Position numbers and translations under genes: made by a program. Shown in pieces: positions 1-13,660 of a stretch of DNA of 64,000 bases. This DNA comes from Camelus ferus (lineage: Eukaryota), in contig NC_045707.1 in assembly GCF_009834535.1 (NCBI RefSeq), positions 45,944,001 to 46,008,000 on the forward strand, written 5' to 3'. Positions within the stretch are counted from its first letter, which is position 1, and every line of letters starts with the position of its first letter. Below the pieces are notes generated by a model. That model ran no database searches and had not been told where the DNA came from. It was given only the letters and a program-made list of their open reading frames with translations.

Positions 1-1041
1 TTAAGCTACAGATTCAGGAAAAAATTATTTAAAATAATGTACTGTTAATTAAAATATATGTTTCACGTATTTTTTCCTGATTAAATTTATAGTTATATTT
101 TGGAAGTGTTTTTAAAACTGTATTAAAATGTGACCTGCATTACAAACTTCAGTTTCCTGCCAATATATTTGATTTCAAAGGCCTGTTTGTTCAATGTTTG
201 GTCATCCTTTTATTTGTTTCATTATTAAGAAATCTCTAGTAAGATTTATTAAAGTACTTTCAAGAAGGGAAAACATCTCCATATCTCAATATTTTAGAAT
301 TATTTACAATTCAGTTTGAAGAGTTCCAACTAAATATTACAGATTAATTATTCATTTATTTTCATTTTCTTCCTCTCCTAACATCTCAGTAAAGTGTAAC
401 CATACGATAACAAATGAAACAAGAAAGAAGAAATCAGGGCATAAGAGAGTACAGTAAATTTTGGGAAAACAAAATGCAGGTAAAGATTGATTTAGCAGAG
501 CCAGAAACAAGGAAACTCTAATCTGAGTGCCTGCAAAAGGTAATGCAGTGAGAAAGAAGCTAGTATGCTTTGCAATGTCTGGAAACAGTGTTCGGTACCT
601 GGGGAAACCAGGTACTCACATTCAGAGATGGTGCTTGGGGCATAAAAAGAGATTGGTTGCAAGTCTGTTTATAGACTATCTTTCTGTACTGTTACTTAAG
701 TCAAATGACCATTTTTTATCCTTCAACCTTTAAAAGCAGGACGCCAGAGGTTAATAATCTTGAGAAGCTAAACCAGAAGATCGTAAGATTTATAGGATAC
801 CAGGGATAACAGAAGGCTTGGATAACATGTAGGGTTGAAAATACGGATTAAGTGGAAATATGCATTCTGAATATGGACTCTCTAAGACGTTCCCAGAATG
901 CTGGCCATTCGGTATTTCGGTATATGCTTCTCCACCAGGATTGATTTTTTTTTTTTTTTTTTTAAGAAACTAATTGGCCCCAGAGAAAAGATCTCCAGAC
1001 ACTCACTTTTGGTTGTGACTTAATAAGAATCCTGCTTGGGA

Positions 1042-1477
1042 CAGAGGGTACAGAATATTGACACCCCAAATGTGCCACTTTGGCGTGCGGGTTATTTCAA
1101 ATTGAAGACAATCAAGGCCCAACAGACAGAGCTGTTTACCTTCCCTTACCAGGAAGAGAGCTGTTAAAGACGACTTTTCATATCAGAAATTTATCTGCAT
1201 GGCATGGCAAACATGTTTACCAAACATCTGCTCTTCTTGTCTTCCTGTGATTTGTCCTCCTTCCCTTTTAAGCCCTTGACCTCTGCCCCCTTCTCCTTCT
1301 CCTTAGCTCAGGACGGCATGTAAGCCTCAGTTGCCTTACTGTCTTTAGATCTCGTGTCTTTGGGGCTCCCGTACATATGAAATTTGTCTTTCCTGTTCAT
1401 CTGTCTTATGTCAACTTAAATATTAGGCCAATCAAAGAAACTAGAACGGAAGAAGGGGAAAGCTTTCTACCCCTACA
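1042..1477 (+). mobile_element. Solo ERV1 LTR, MER34-like
   Basis: Start cagaatattgacaccccaaatgtgccactttggc and end ctttctacccctaca resemble MER34A termini (recalled consensus). Confidence 0.7.
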
Positions 1478-2944
1478 CTGTCAATTCGTTTGTCTTTATA
1501 GATTTGTCACTAGCAATTGAAGGAATGAAATTATTTAGGCAATGCTTATCAGTGGCTGCTAAAATCATTCATTTTTTAATGAAACAAGCAGATACCACGT
1601 GTGCTCCTTAAAGGAAGGATATCATCACCTATGAAATACACTTAAAAAAAGAACCTAAATCTTGTCAAGCACCTAGGTTTAATTACTAATAGACAGGAAC
1701 ACAGGGACACAATCAACAAAATCCAGATAGTGGAAAACTACAGGAGATAACTGCCAGATTTTTGTCAAATAAATTGGAAGGACGAAAAAAAAAAAAAAAA
1801 GCAAGTGGAAAATGGGGGAATACTATGGATTAAAAGAAAATCAACCAGGTACAACATATGGACCTTATTTGGACAAATTGTAAAAACAACAAAAAAAAAA
1901 ATTGGAGGAATTTGAATCCTCAGTGGATATTTGAAATTGAGCATTTACTAACTTTTTGAGGTGAGAGAATGGTAATATGGTTATGCTTTTAAAAGAATTC
2001 TTAGACATATTGGAATAATTCAGATAGAATTTTTTTAAACGAGAACCAAAAAAAGTCTGAAGTCGCAGTTCAACATAAATTCCAATGTGACACGATTTTG
2101 AGCAATTGGTAGAGTTTAAGAAAAGAAAATTTGATCCTAATGTTTGGAAGTTTATCTTCTGGGGTTGAAGATTTAGTAGCATAAAATTACACCTCTTCTC
2201 CAGGCCCAGTCTTACTTGGTCATTTTCAAGAAATAATATTGTATTTCAATCTTTAAAGCTCTTTAGACAATTATGAAAACTTGCAGCTATGGATTAGAAT
2301 GTAAATCTTACAAACCTTGACCTTTTTAAAGAAATGGTACACTAGAGCCTGAAAGAGCGAAGGATGAGAAAAGGTGAGAGAAGTGACATATGCTAAATTT
2401 CTCATCTCAAATAGTTGGGAATCAATCTGTTCCAAATTCATGGATCAACGAATATGAATTTTAAAACATTTAAAATTATAAAGTTAGCTGCTAGAAAATT
2501 AGAAATAATAGTGCTCATTTAACATCCTTTACTATTTAAAATTTCTAATGTCATACATGAATTATTTTTCTAATACATTTTAAATATTTAAAATTTTAAT
2601 TTTAAACTTGGAATTAAATCATTAAATCCTTGGGAGCAGATACTTAAAATCTTATATTTTTCTGTTTCTCCTCCTCAATCGCTTACCTACATAACGCTAA
2701 TATCGAATGTACTTATTTTTGAATGTGCAATATCATTACATGCTTAATACTGAATTCCTTAATGGTATGTTGTTTCTAAACAATCTTGGCTCTAGAAAAG
2801 ATTTTTGGAGTAGTCTAAGGCAATCATTTTAGATGAGGAAACTGAGATCCCCAAAGGAGAAACCTCCGCCTGGGAAAGTTGAGATGAGTTTTCCACTACA
2901 TGTCCTGCCTTCTAAACGCAATCTCTGAAAATCCTTTTGGAAGG

Positions 2945-3400
2945 AAACCAATCAACTGCACCTTTTCTGGAAACGGGTAAGAGGCCGCAAAGGGGTGGGT
3001 GGGGGGAGTGCTCCACGCCAGCGCATGCGCAGGGCCACTTCCGCATGGCGCGCTTGCGTGGGAACCTTCTACGGTCGGCTCCCTGCCGCTGAGTGGCCGC
3101 TTCCACCCGGTGGGTTTTGCGCGGCGCGCCGGCGAGGCGGGGCCTGCGGGACAAGATGGAGCTCCTGCAGGTCCTGAAGCGCGGGCTGCAGCAGGTCAGC
3201 GGCCACGGCGGCCTCCGCGGCTACCTACGGATTTTATTCAGGTAGGCGGTCGGAGCCATGCTCTTGCCTCTGGAGCTGGACTTGCGTTGGCTGGTTTTTT
3301 GGAAAGGGGCTCCGGCTTGGGTCACCTTGGAGAATCCGCAACTCTTGTCAAGGACGACCGGCCAGTCTCTGCCCAGTTTCCTCCGGGCCGAAGTCTGGCC
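2945..3400 (+). promoter_or_regulatory. CpG-island, TATA-less promoter of NDUFA12
   Basis: Only strongly CpG-dense stretch in the window. Motifs: CCAAT 2948-2952, NRF1 palindrome GCGCATGCGC 3021-3030, ETS/GABP CACTTCCG 3036-3043, GC box GAGGCGGGGC 3134-3143. Confidence 0.9.
3156..3241 (+). CDS. NDUFA12: NDUFA12 coding exon 1 (complex I subunit B17.2)
   Basis: ATG in acaagATGg context. Translates [28 protein letters not shown](R). Donor AG|gtaggc, phase 2. The four exons sum to 438 nt (145 aa plus stop) and match mammalian NDUFA12. Confidence 0.98.
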
Positions 3401-4113
3401 AGGGGTCTCCTGGAGACAGGACCAAAGCAGGCCCTAGAGTCAGCTGTGACATGGGCTGTCCCTTGCCCTGCTTCTTGGAGAGTACATTGCCCAACACTCA
3501 CTGTGTGACCTTGGGAAACTTTTCCCCCTTCGCTGGCCTTCACTTTCCTCCCCCCGTACAGTGAGGCGTTGAACGAAGTGATCATAATGGTCCCATAATG
3601 GTACATTCAGAAAATTGGACGAGCAGCATCGTCCACAGAAACCTAGTTGGAGACCCAGAGCCAAATGAAAGAGCCAGGAGATATTTGTATCATTTTAAGG
3701 AGATGAAATACTTCAGCTTGCAGATTTTCTGAAGGTTTTTGCTAACTCCAGAGCTCCGTGACCTAGGCATAGTGGGTAAAAGTAGTCTAGTAATTTGAAG
3801 ATATTCTATCTATATATTTAGTGGACTTTAGGCACATCAGTTGGGTCACTTTATGTTTTCTCGTGCTGTCATGGTACTGGGAAATGGTACTGGGATTATC
3901 TAGAGCTCTTACTTGAAAGCTGATTCATCGACAGTGGGATTCTCCGTGAACCTGGGGATGAAGGCTAGAAGTATACAATCAGTAACTACCCAGCATCCGC
4001 TCATTTTTCTAGGTGATGAGGCTGCCTTTGTTTGTGAAAGTTGGTGTTCTCTGTTTATGTTTGTGTTTTGAACAAAGAATAATTCTAAAATGTTTTCTTT
4101 TCGACATTCACAG

Positions 4114-4196
4114 GGCAAATGATGTGAGGGTTGGTACATTAGTGGGGGAAGACAAATATGGAAACAAATACTATGAAGACAACAAGCAGTTTTTTG
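4114..4196 (+). CDS. NDUFA12: NDUFA12 coding exon 2
   Basis: Acceptor cattcacag|G. Translates [27 protein letters not shown](G), the family GTLVG-D-YGNKYYE motif. Donor G|gtgagt. Confidence 0.98.
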
Positions 4197-4269
4197 GTGA
4201 GTGCAGTATTTTTGGTATGAATGATGGGAGTGAGATTGGGATTTGATTTGACTCTGTTTTCCACAATGT

Positions 4270-4950
4270 ACAAGAAACTTCTATAAAGTATTTGTAAAAC
4301 GTGAAGAACTCAGTAGGAAAAAGAACAAGATAATTCACAGGAAAAGAAAGCTGAATGACCAATGAAGGCCTGAAAAGATGCTCATCCTCACTTGTAATTA
4401 CAGAAATGCAGCTCAATAAACAGTGTTGTCTTTTGTCACCTATCAAATTTTGACGTATTTGCCAATCTAATAAATCATGTGGGGAAGTGCCATAGTAGTA
4501 TATAGGTTAATGCAGTCTTTTTGGAGGACAGTTGGTAAATTTTGTTAGTTTACATTACACATATCTTTTGTCCTAGCACTTCCACTTCTGAGAACTCACC
4601 TTCAGATATTCTTGCAAAACAAAGACACCCATTGCAGCATTGTTTTAGTAGTAAATTCTAAAAGCAACACAAGTGTGTATCAATTGGACACTATGATTGT
4701 ACATTTTTTAGAATACTTTGTTGTTATTAAGAATGATATAAACCTATACATTTTATATAGAAAGATATCAAAGATGTGTGTAACATGAAAAGCTCCAGTT
4801 GCAGAACAATGTCTGATATCCTGACAGGGAGAAAATGCATGCTTTTTGTGTACATATTAAATTTTGGAAGGAACCGCAAGAAACTTAGAGGTAGCATCAG
4901 ATGGTGGGGGTTGAACATTCTGTCCGCTACTTTATAACTTTGTAACTTTG
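4270..4950 (+). mobile_element. Old L1 (L1M-type) ORF2 3' end/3'UTR fragment
   Basis: aaaagatgctcatcctcacttgtaattacagaaatgca, cctagcacttccacttctgag and cattgcagcattgttt are degraded L1 ORF2 C-terminal motifs. Confidence 0.6.
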
Positions 4951-4959
4951 AAGTTTACC

Positions 4960-5340
4960 TAATTAACATCTCTAAGCCTCAGTTTCCTCATCTATAAAGT
5001 AGTGTAATAATAGTAATATTTGCCATATAAAGTTGTATAAAAACTAGATGAAAAGTAAATGGGAGGAGCTTATCCTAATGTAGGGCTTCTCAACCTCGAC
5101 TCTGTTAACACTATGGGGGCCAGATAATTCTTTGTGGAGAGGGGCTAGTTTCCAAATCTGTGGCATCTCCCCACCGAATGCCAGAAACACCTCGCCTCTG
5201 CAGTTGTGACAACCAAAAGTGTCTCCCAGTGTTGCCAGATGTCCCTTGGGGAGCAAAAATGCCCTCTGTTGAGAACCACTGGCCTAACACTTGGCACATA
5301 AATGCTTAATAAATATCAGTACCACTGTTGTTATTATTGT
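4960..5340 (+). mobile_element. MIR SINE, interrupted by MER20
   Basis: Core ctctaagcctcagtttcctcatctataaa. The 3' part cttggcacataaatgcttaataaat resumes after 5281. Confidence 0.8.
5081..5281 (+). mobile_element. MER20 hAT-Charlie DNA transposon
   Basis: Terminal inverted repeats tagggcttctcaac...gttgagaaccactg. Internal gttgtgacaaccaaaagtgtctcc and gccagatgtccc. Confidence 0.88.
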
Positions 5341-5471
5341 TACCTTCTTGAACTGCTGAATTTTTTTTACCATGTGCATTTGTTACTTTTATAATAATAA
5401 AAAAAAAAATCTTTCAATTGAGATTAAAAGTATCCAAGAGGGGAAAAAAAGGAGTCTTCATCCAGGGGAAA

Positions 5472-5575
5472 AACGTGTAATGTGAAATAATAATGACCTA
5501 TGAGTGCCATGTGCATGCTAAACAACGTGTAATGTGAAATAATAATGACCTATGAGTGCCATGTGCATGCAAAAC
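5472..5575. repeat. 52-bp tandem duplication
   Basis: Copies 5472-5523 and 5524-5575 are identical at 51 of 52 positions. Confidence 0.95.
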
Positions 5576-6091
5576 ACATGTAACATACATTATCTAATAT
5601 TTAACATCTTTTGGAGATAGGCACTTAATTCCCCCCGCCACCATTTTACTGATGAAGAAACTGAGTCATTGAGCTTAATAATATTTTTTGGGAATATGTA
5701 AACCATGTGTCCATGTGTGATTGCATTGGATGCAAGTTTGTTTACAAGAGGTAAATAATATCTTAACACTCTACAACCATATTTTTTTAATACCTACACA
5801 GATCGTAGAGTTTTAGACCTGGGAGAGATTTTAAGAGATTATCTAAAAACTTGTTTTATAGAGAAAGAAACTGAAGCCCAAGAAAATGTCTTATCTGAAA
5901 GGAACTTAATTAAGTAACAGAACTAGGTAGTGGCAGAGCCCTGGGCCAATATTCTTTCTACTTACCACTTTATTGTTACAAACTAGTATAACATTAAGCT
6001 TTCTTCATTTTCTCCCCTTCTTTTTCTTCTTTCCTTCTTTCCTCACGTTGGAAATATCTTTCTTTTTGCCAATATAAAAAATGATGTATGA

Positions 6092-6229
6092 GGGGAAGGG
6101 TATAGCTCAAGTGGTAGAGTGCATGCTTAGCATGCATGCAGTCCTGGGTTCAATCCCCAGAACCTCCTCTAAAAGTAAACAAACAAACAAACAGACCTAA
6201 TCTCACCCCCCAAAAAAACTTTAAAAAAA
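6092..6229 (+). mobile_element. tRNA-derived SINE (camelid Vic-1-like)
   Basis: A box tagctcaagtggtagag, B box ggttcaatccc, A-rich tail, degenerate flanking repeat aaaa.gat.tatg. Confidence 0.88.
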
Positions 6230-6593
6230 GATATATGTTGTAAAAACATTAAAACTTAGTGTATGAAGTGAAAAATGAAAGCTCCCAACTCTCATAATTC
6301 TACCCCTCTTTTAAGTAGTTTAAAATATATTTTAAATATTCTTAAATGAATTATAAACATTCTTTTTTTATTTCAAGGAATTGTGTAATGCATACTGTTT
6401 GTAAATTGAGATATTTTTACTTAAAAATCGTGGGCCATTTTTCCATATTAGCCAGTTGGATGTATCTGCAGCATTCTTTTTTGTTTGAACATTTGTCTGT
6501 GTTTTCATATTTAAAACATTTTTTTTTCACAGCATTCTTTTTAATAGCAACACAGTATGGAAGAACTATAATTTTTTCAAACATTCTCCTTTT

Positions 6594-6900
6594 TTTGTTT
6601 TTGCTTAAGCACACCAACTTTTTTATTTAACTGAAGTATAGTCAGCTTATAGTGTGTCAATTTCTGGTGTACAGCATAATGTTTCAGTCATACATATACA
6701 TAGATAAAAAATACTCTTTTCCATTATAGGTTACTGTAAGATATTGAATGTAGTTCCCTGTGCTATACAGAAGAAATTTGTTTTTTATCTATTTTATATA
6801 TAGTAGTTAGTACTTGCAAATCTCAAACTCCCAATTTATCCTTTTCTACCCCTTTCCCGCCCCGGTAACCATAAGTTTGTTTACTATGTCTGTGAGTCTG
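6594..6900 (-). mobile_element. 5'-truncated L1 3'UTR inserted in an older L1
   Basis: T tract then gaagtatagtcag...ttccctgtgctataca. Degenerate target-site duplication (TSD) at 6577-6593 and 6901-6917, 14 of 17 matching. Confidence 0.85.
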
Positions 6901-8269
6901 TCAGACACTCTACTTTTGATAGATATTTACATACATAGCCTTCAACTTTTTTGCTTCTAGAAACAATGCTGCAGTGAACTTGCTTGTAATTACATCCACA
7001 TTCACTTGTTTAAATATTCTAAGAGTAAATTCCTGAAAGTGGAATTGTTGAGTCTGAGTATGCACATTTAAAATTCATATATATATATATATGGAGAGAT
7101 TGTTAAAGCCCAGCTCTGTTGTTACGGCCTAACTATGAAACCTTTCCCAAGGTTTCCTCTGTCTGCCTTCATGTTCACCTGCCTTGTAGAATTATAGTTT
7201 ACTTTTAGTTATTATTCTCAGGATTGATTCTCTAATAGAGGAAACAAATCCTGATTGAAATCTATATTTCTTTAATAGATAAATTCATGTTTAAGTAGTC
7301 AATATTTGTTGATTGTATATTTACCTAGGAAAACTCTGTAAAGGAAATGCAGATTACCTTTTGCTTATTGGCTTGAAATCCATTACAGGGATGAATTCAG
7401 TATTCCCTATGTAGGGGGTGAGGGCATTGAGGGAGAGATGGGAGGAATTAATGCTTATTATGCATTTATGTGACTGATACTGAGCTAGGTATGTGTGATA
7501 CTTAATTTTCATAGCAACTTTAAGATATAAATATAATCATCCACTTTTACTAGATAAAGAAACTGAGGCTCATAAAACTTGCCTAATATCCCGTAGTAAT
7601 ATTTGACAGTCTTCATTGGAATCTAGTCTTTGCCTAACTTAAAGACCCAGTAGAAACAATTTTGTAAATTGTGCTCAAGGTCTTAACTATTTCACAGAAA
7701 TTTGTTAAATAAAGAATGCAGCTATAGTATTTTGATGGCATGAACTGTTCTACTTATCTACCATCATATATAATCTTTTCTTATTATGTAATAATCACCA
7801 GTTTCCAAAAGGATCTCTGGTGATTATTTTAAAATATTTACATGGAAACGTATAATTCAAGTATGATTGCTGTGAATACATTTCTCCTGCTCCAGTCTCA
7901 GGAGGAGCTCTGTCTCTCCTGAATACTCTGAAAGGCTGGGAACATTCCCCTTTCCTTCCCTCCCAGTACTTTCTTGGCAGGGGAGCTGGGGGAGAAGCAA
8001 ATGTCCTCCTATGGGAAAGGCCTGAGCTGAGCCCTACCCACAAAGGGAGCCTCAGTCCCCATACAGGCTGTTGATAAAAGTGTGCCATATACTCTCTGGA
8101 GTTTACCTTCAGTAATATACCCAGGCCTCTAGTTCTCTAACATTTCTCTATGTAAGAGCACAAAGAAATCTTTTCTTAATAAAAAGGTTGTATTCTTTGA
8201 TATTTGCAGTTATGCTTTTTTTTAAAAGGTTGTCTTTATTTCCTCACATCTTTCTAAACTAGACGTTGA

Positions 8270-8371
<102 letters not shown>

Positions 8372-8484
8372 TAAGCTAAGTCAACATTTTATTTTATTTG
8401 ACTTGGCAGTATGTGTTTCATTACACAAATATTTGTTGAACGTCTATTTATTCTTAAGGCAGTCAGTGGTTTTCTGAAAGCATC

Positions 8485-9000
8485 TGTCCCAGTTACGATG
8501 GCTGCTTGCCTAGTGACCCTAAAACTTAGCTTAAAACAACAAGTATTTGTCTCATAGTTTTTGTGGGTCAGGAGTTCAGGCAAGACACAGCAGGGATGAC
8601 TTATCTATGCTCCACGATGTCCGAGGCTTCAAGTGGAAGATTCAAAGGCTGGACACTGGAATCAGCTGAGGGTGTGTTCACTCAGGGTCTGGCAGTTGAT
8701 GCTAGCTGTTAGCTGGGGGCATAGCTGGCGTGTTGGATTAGAATACCCTGGGGTAACCTGAGCCTCCTCAGGTAAATACTCTAAGAGAGAGTGCCAGGCT
8801 AGCCATGTTGCCTCATCCAGCTTAGTCTTGGAAATCATCTAGTATGGAGTCTGCATTCCACTGGTCAAGGCAATTAGAAAACTCTGCCCGTGTTTAACAG
8901 GAGAGGCATAGACTGTCCCTTGACAAGACGTGTCAACATCATATTATACGTTGGAATATATAATGGTGTGGCTGTCTTTGAGGAAAAAACAGTATGCTTA
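8485..9000 (-). mobile_element. MLT1 (ERVL-MaLR) LTR
   Basis: ctaaaacttagcttaaaacaac...tgtgggtcaggagttcagg...gctccacgatgtc motifs. Confidence 0.75.
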
Positions 9001-9721
9001 CAGTATCACCTGGCCATAGTGAAGAGAAAGGCAAAAAGAACTCTGGCTCTGATCTTATTTGGCTGTTTGACTTTAAGCAAATTCATTAACCTCTCTGGAG
9101 CTTGGATTTCTCATCTGTAAAGTGAGAGACCCCAAGTTCATTAGGTCTCTAAAAACTATGATTTTTAATATGCCTATTTTGAAATGAAATTTTAAATGCT
9201 CTTACTTGAATTACCAAATTTTGAATAAAATATTTCAGAACCAAGTACTTACATTCATTTCAGAGGTTGCTGGTTGCTACACATTTAAACTCTAGAGATA
9301 CCTTTCTAGTTGGTCTAGAAATTTTCAGAAAAAAACCCTAAAAATTACCAGCAGGTTAACTGTGATATTTTATTTTAGTTGAATTTGGCCATCAGAAATA
9401 GTTTTGAGCTCTATTGAGTAGAAACTGAGATAATCTCAGAGTATTCACTCATTCTAAAGACTCAGAAATCCAGACATGTAACATAAGTGAGTGAAGTGCA
9501 GATGTGGGACAGTTGGGGGTATTGGGGACTATGATGAATTGAAAAGCACCGACTGTTGTCAAAGAGGGCAGCAGCTGCATTCACTCTGTCCAGTTCCATC
9601 AGGTGAGAATTCAGCCAAGGGTTTCTAGATGATTTTTTAAGAGAAAGTGGAAATCTGTATTTCTTTGTGAGAGTTCTTATGTTTTAAATGTTTATTTTAA
9701 AGATATTTGTCAATTTAAATA

Positions 9722-9892
9722 CAGCACGATCCAGGAGAACTTTCTGTGATGATGGAAATATTCTATAGCTGTGCTGTCTAATAGGGTAGCCACTAGCCAC
9801 ACGTGGCCCAGAACATGTTTGAAATGTGGCTAATGCAACTAAGGAAGTGCATTTATTTCATTTAAATTGAGGCCACTTGATTGGACAGAATA
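9722..9892 (+). mobile_element. MER3-like hAT-Charlie element
   Basis: gaactttctgtgatgatggaaatattcta...gtagccactagccacacgtggc...gaaatgtggcta. Confidence 0.8.
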
Positions 9893-10904
9893 GCTTTTTT
9901 TTTTTTTAATATTGTGTGAGCTAAATAAAATATGTTTGTTAAGATTTCACCTATATCCAGTTTTCAACCTCTGGTCCACTACTTGGACTAGTTAGGAGCA
10001 TTGACTCATGTCAGTGATGTAGTATGAAGACCACGATACTGGATTTATGTCTCTAATAAACCTCACTGGCTCTTAACATGAGAAAGTAGCACTGATGCTA
10101 CATTTGAGGCTGGATGTCTGTGCTCTGGTTCATGGGAAATAGTAACCTGTGGTTCTGTTAAAGTTTAAGGAGCTATGATTTTAGGTTTGGAACTTTAGGT
10201 TTGCCTTCTGTAAAGGATCGTTCTATGTGTCAGGGGGACTATTTGAGACCAAGATCTCAAAGTGGAGTGTTGCTTTAGGAGATGAGGTGTCCTTCTAGTT
10301 TTTATTTGGTTGTTTTTTCAGGTGGGGTTGGTTTGGGGAGGATGTGGAAGGTGTGTAGGCTGTCTTGTTCAGATTGATGGCCGTCTTCAAAGCACCCATC
10401 TAACATCGGTGCTCAAGGTCTCTGTTGGGGGAGATTGGGAGGGGGTACTAATTTAAATTATGTGGGATGAAACACATTTGAATTTATTTTAAAAATCTGA
10501 AATGATAAAAGTACTAGTCGGCCAAGCAAGTTCTTTTATATATAACATCTGAGATCACATGAAAAAGCTGAAATGTGTGAAAGATAACATTACCCTAGCA
10601 GGTGCCTGAGGGCAGTTGAGAACACAAAGCTGAGTTTCTTTGTGGAGTGGAGCCTCCTAAGATCTGAGTACCTTTGATGACCCTTGTTTGTAAGGGAAGC
10701 TTGTGATGCGTCTTTGTAGGGAGAAATAGTTTGGATAAGCTCAGCTGTTTGTTTCTCAGAACCCCCTTTTCTGAGTGCAATACATTGTGGAATTCTAATG
10801 TTATCTTTGATTTGATCCATGAATAAATTTGAAGTTGGATTGACTTATCTTTTGTTAGAGAGCCAGGTATTATCTTACATACAGAGTAATGAATTACAAT
10901 TTGT

Positions 10905-11450
10905 TATCTTTATTCATTCAAATAACTGTTGCATACCTACCAGGTGCCAAGAACTATTGTGGGCACTGGGGATATGGCAAGTGAGTAAAACAAAGTCCTC
11001 ACTCTCTTGAGAGGAAGCAGAAAAACAAACATGTTATATATTTTAGGCAACAATAAATGCAAGGAAGTTGGTGCTCATAAAGGAGTAAAGAGTAATGGGA
11101 GGGTCAGGTGGCTGTTTTATACAGGGGTCAGGGAAGGCTTCTTTGAGGAAGTGACATTTGAAGGGGAAGGTGAGGGGTGGGAGGTGAGGAGCTCTAGGTA
11201 GCAGGAACCACAGGTGCAAAAGCCTTTTGTGTTCGAAATGCATTGCTTGTACTCAAAGAATAGCAATATGGCCAGCGTGGCTGGAATGGAATGGGTGAGG
11301 AGAAGAAAATGGAAACTGAGGTAGGAGAAACAGCTAAGGCATTGATCATGTAGATCTTGTAAGGTGTGGATAAATCCTTTGACTTTTTTCCTAAAGTTCC
11401 AATTTGTAAGTTACTGGAAGGTAAGGTAGGATATGATCCATTTTACATCT
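10905..11450 (-). mobile_element. L2 LINE fragment
   Basis: ttattcattcaaataa...cctaccaggtgccaag...gggtcagggaaggcttctttgaggaagtgacatttga. Confidence 0.75.
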
Positions 11451-11499
11451 AAAAACAAAAATTGGAAACAATCCCAAATTTTCTGAAATGTTACAAGTA

Positions 11500-12900
11500 T
11501 TTGAATCAGTTCAAAGTAAATTGCCAAAACAATGTCGTATCACAACTGAACACTTTAGTGTGTAATTCCTACAAATAAGAGCATTCTCCTGCATAACCAA
11601 AATATGGCCAGTCAGTTAGGAAATTAACAGTGATACACTGCTACTGTATAATCTTCAGACCCTGTTCAAGTTTCATCAGTTGTCCTAATAATGTCCTTTA
11701 TAGCAAGAGAATTTAGTCTTGCATTTCATGTAGATCTCATTTTTCTCTAGTCTCTTTCACATTGGATTGGTTCCTCAGTTTTTCCTCAATTTTTATGATC
11801 TTGACAATTTGGAAAATTACAGACCAGTTTTGTTGTAGAATGTCCCTCCTTGTGGGTTTGTCCAGTGTTTCCCCATGACTAGATTCAGGCTGTGCATCTT
11901 TGGCAAGAATGTCACAGAAGCAATGTCAGATTCTTCCTGTTGCACTCTGTTAAATGGCATCTGATCTTGATTTGTCTCATTACTGAAAACTTCTATCACT
12001 TGATTAGGGTGTGTCTGCCAGATATCTCCATTCTAAAGTTATTCATTTTCCCTTTGCAATTAATTAGCATTTTGTGGGAGATACTTTGAGTTATGTAACT
12101 ACCCAATTACTCATCAAACTTTTATTTATTTTTATTAATATGAACTGTTATTTCAACTAGTGGGTTATAAACCGTTACTCTAATCGGTTCTTTTATTGCT
12201 CAAATTGAACTCAGTTTGACCAGTGGGAACCCATTCATCTGCATCTGGAGTCCTTTTGAAATGTTCCCATCATTCTTGGAACACTTTTCTTGCTTTCTGA
12301 CAAAAGATATTCCAGGTTCATCTTATATTTTCCCTGATCACCCATGGAAACAGCCATTTTTCTGAAGAGGCCTATGGTTTGTTTTTTTTTTTTTTTTTTT
12401 TTTTTTTCTTGCTTGCTGTTTTTCAGTGGAGAGTGGTATTTAGAAGCTAAGATCCGTGTGCAAGATGTGCTTCTTGCTGTTGGGGTGTCAGTGCTCCAAG
12501 GCCACCTCAGTGGACAAGCTCGGAAATTCCTCTAATGATTTCATGTGTATGGATATGTGTGTGTGTGTGTCTACATTTCTGTATCTCTTATCTTTTTTCT
12601 CTCTATATATTAAAAACTGTAAGTCCACAGCAAGGCCACTGAATCCAGTCCAACACCACAGGTTATATTCTAGTTTTCTCCCTTTTCGTATTTATATCTG
12701 TTTTGATTTTAATAGAGTTACTTATTTGATGAATTCCACTATATGTAACTAAGTTCCCGTTGCTGCCTTCCCACCTCCCCACCACTGGACTCCCTCCTTA
12801 CCCTACTTTACCTTCAACAACCTACACCAGGTTGCCACCCTCCCTCCCTGTGTGGACACCCTGCTCTCCCTGTGCAGACTGACACCTTACTGGGCTGCTG
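11500..12900 (-). mobile_element. Old L1 (L1MC/ME-like) 3' region
   Basis: ttgtagaatgtccctc...actagattcaggctgtgcatctttggcaagaat and cagccatttttctgaagagg motifs. Confidence 0.6.
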
Positions 12901-13149
12901 CCACACTCCTCCTCTGCCCTCCCAACCCCCATGCCAAGCACAAATGGATGCCTACCTTGCTTAGCCCCACCTGATGGCTTTAGGACTCTGATTTAAATTT
13001 TTAAAGCATCTCTGAATAGAGAAAGGAAGCCTTATGGAAGTGGGCCAGTCACTTAAGAAGCTGTTCGTATAGTTGACTAGGCCGGAGGTGATCAAGGTTG
13101 GATGAGCTGCTAGTGGTATAGGTAGTGAGATTTGGAATTGTATCATTTA

Positions 13150-13660
13150 CCTACCTCTGTGTAGCAGATTTTGCAAATTTAGTTTGAAATAATAAACATC
13201 ATCTCACAATTTCCATAGGTAAGGAATTTGAGTCAGCTTAGCTGGATGCCTCTGGCTTAGAATTTCGCACAAGGCTACAGTGAAGATATCGTCTGGGGCT
13301 GTAGTCATCTCGGGGTTTGAATTGGGAAGTATCTGCTGCCAAACTCATTCACATGGCTGTAGACAGGCCTCAGATTTGCTTCCGAGCACACTCATCTGGG
13401 TCTTTCCACAAGGCCACCTCATGACATGGCAGCTGGCTTTCCCAGAGTTACAATCTGAGAACGAATGAAAGAGAAGATCCTAGATGGGAGCCACAGTCTT
13501 CCTAATCTCAGAAGTGACACCCCACACTTCTGCTCTTTTCTGTTTGTTAGAAGTGAGTGGTTAGAGCTAGCCCACACTCAGGGAGACGGGATCACACAAG
13601 GGTGTGAATACCAGGAGGATGTGATCACTGGAGGCCACTTTAGAGGCTGCCTGCCAAGGG
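13150..13660 (-). mobile_element. MLT1 LTR nested in an L2
   Basis: cagcttagctggatgcctctggc...acatggcagctggctttccc...gggtgtgaataccaggagg, with L2-like sequence on both sides. Confidence 0.7.

Noticed and set aside
3025..3092. Upstream ATGs at 3025 and 3045 as uORFs
   Set aside because: They lie inside the promoter motifs, probably upstream of the transcription start, which cannot be placed from sequence alone.
2912..3664. Overlapping ORFs of 60-169 aa around the promoter
   Set aside because: These are GC-rich CpG-island artefacts in frames other than NDUFA12 exon 1.
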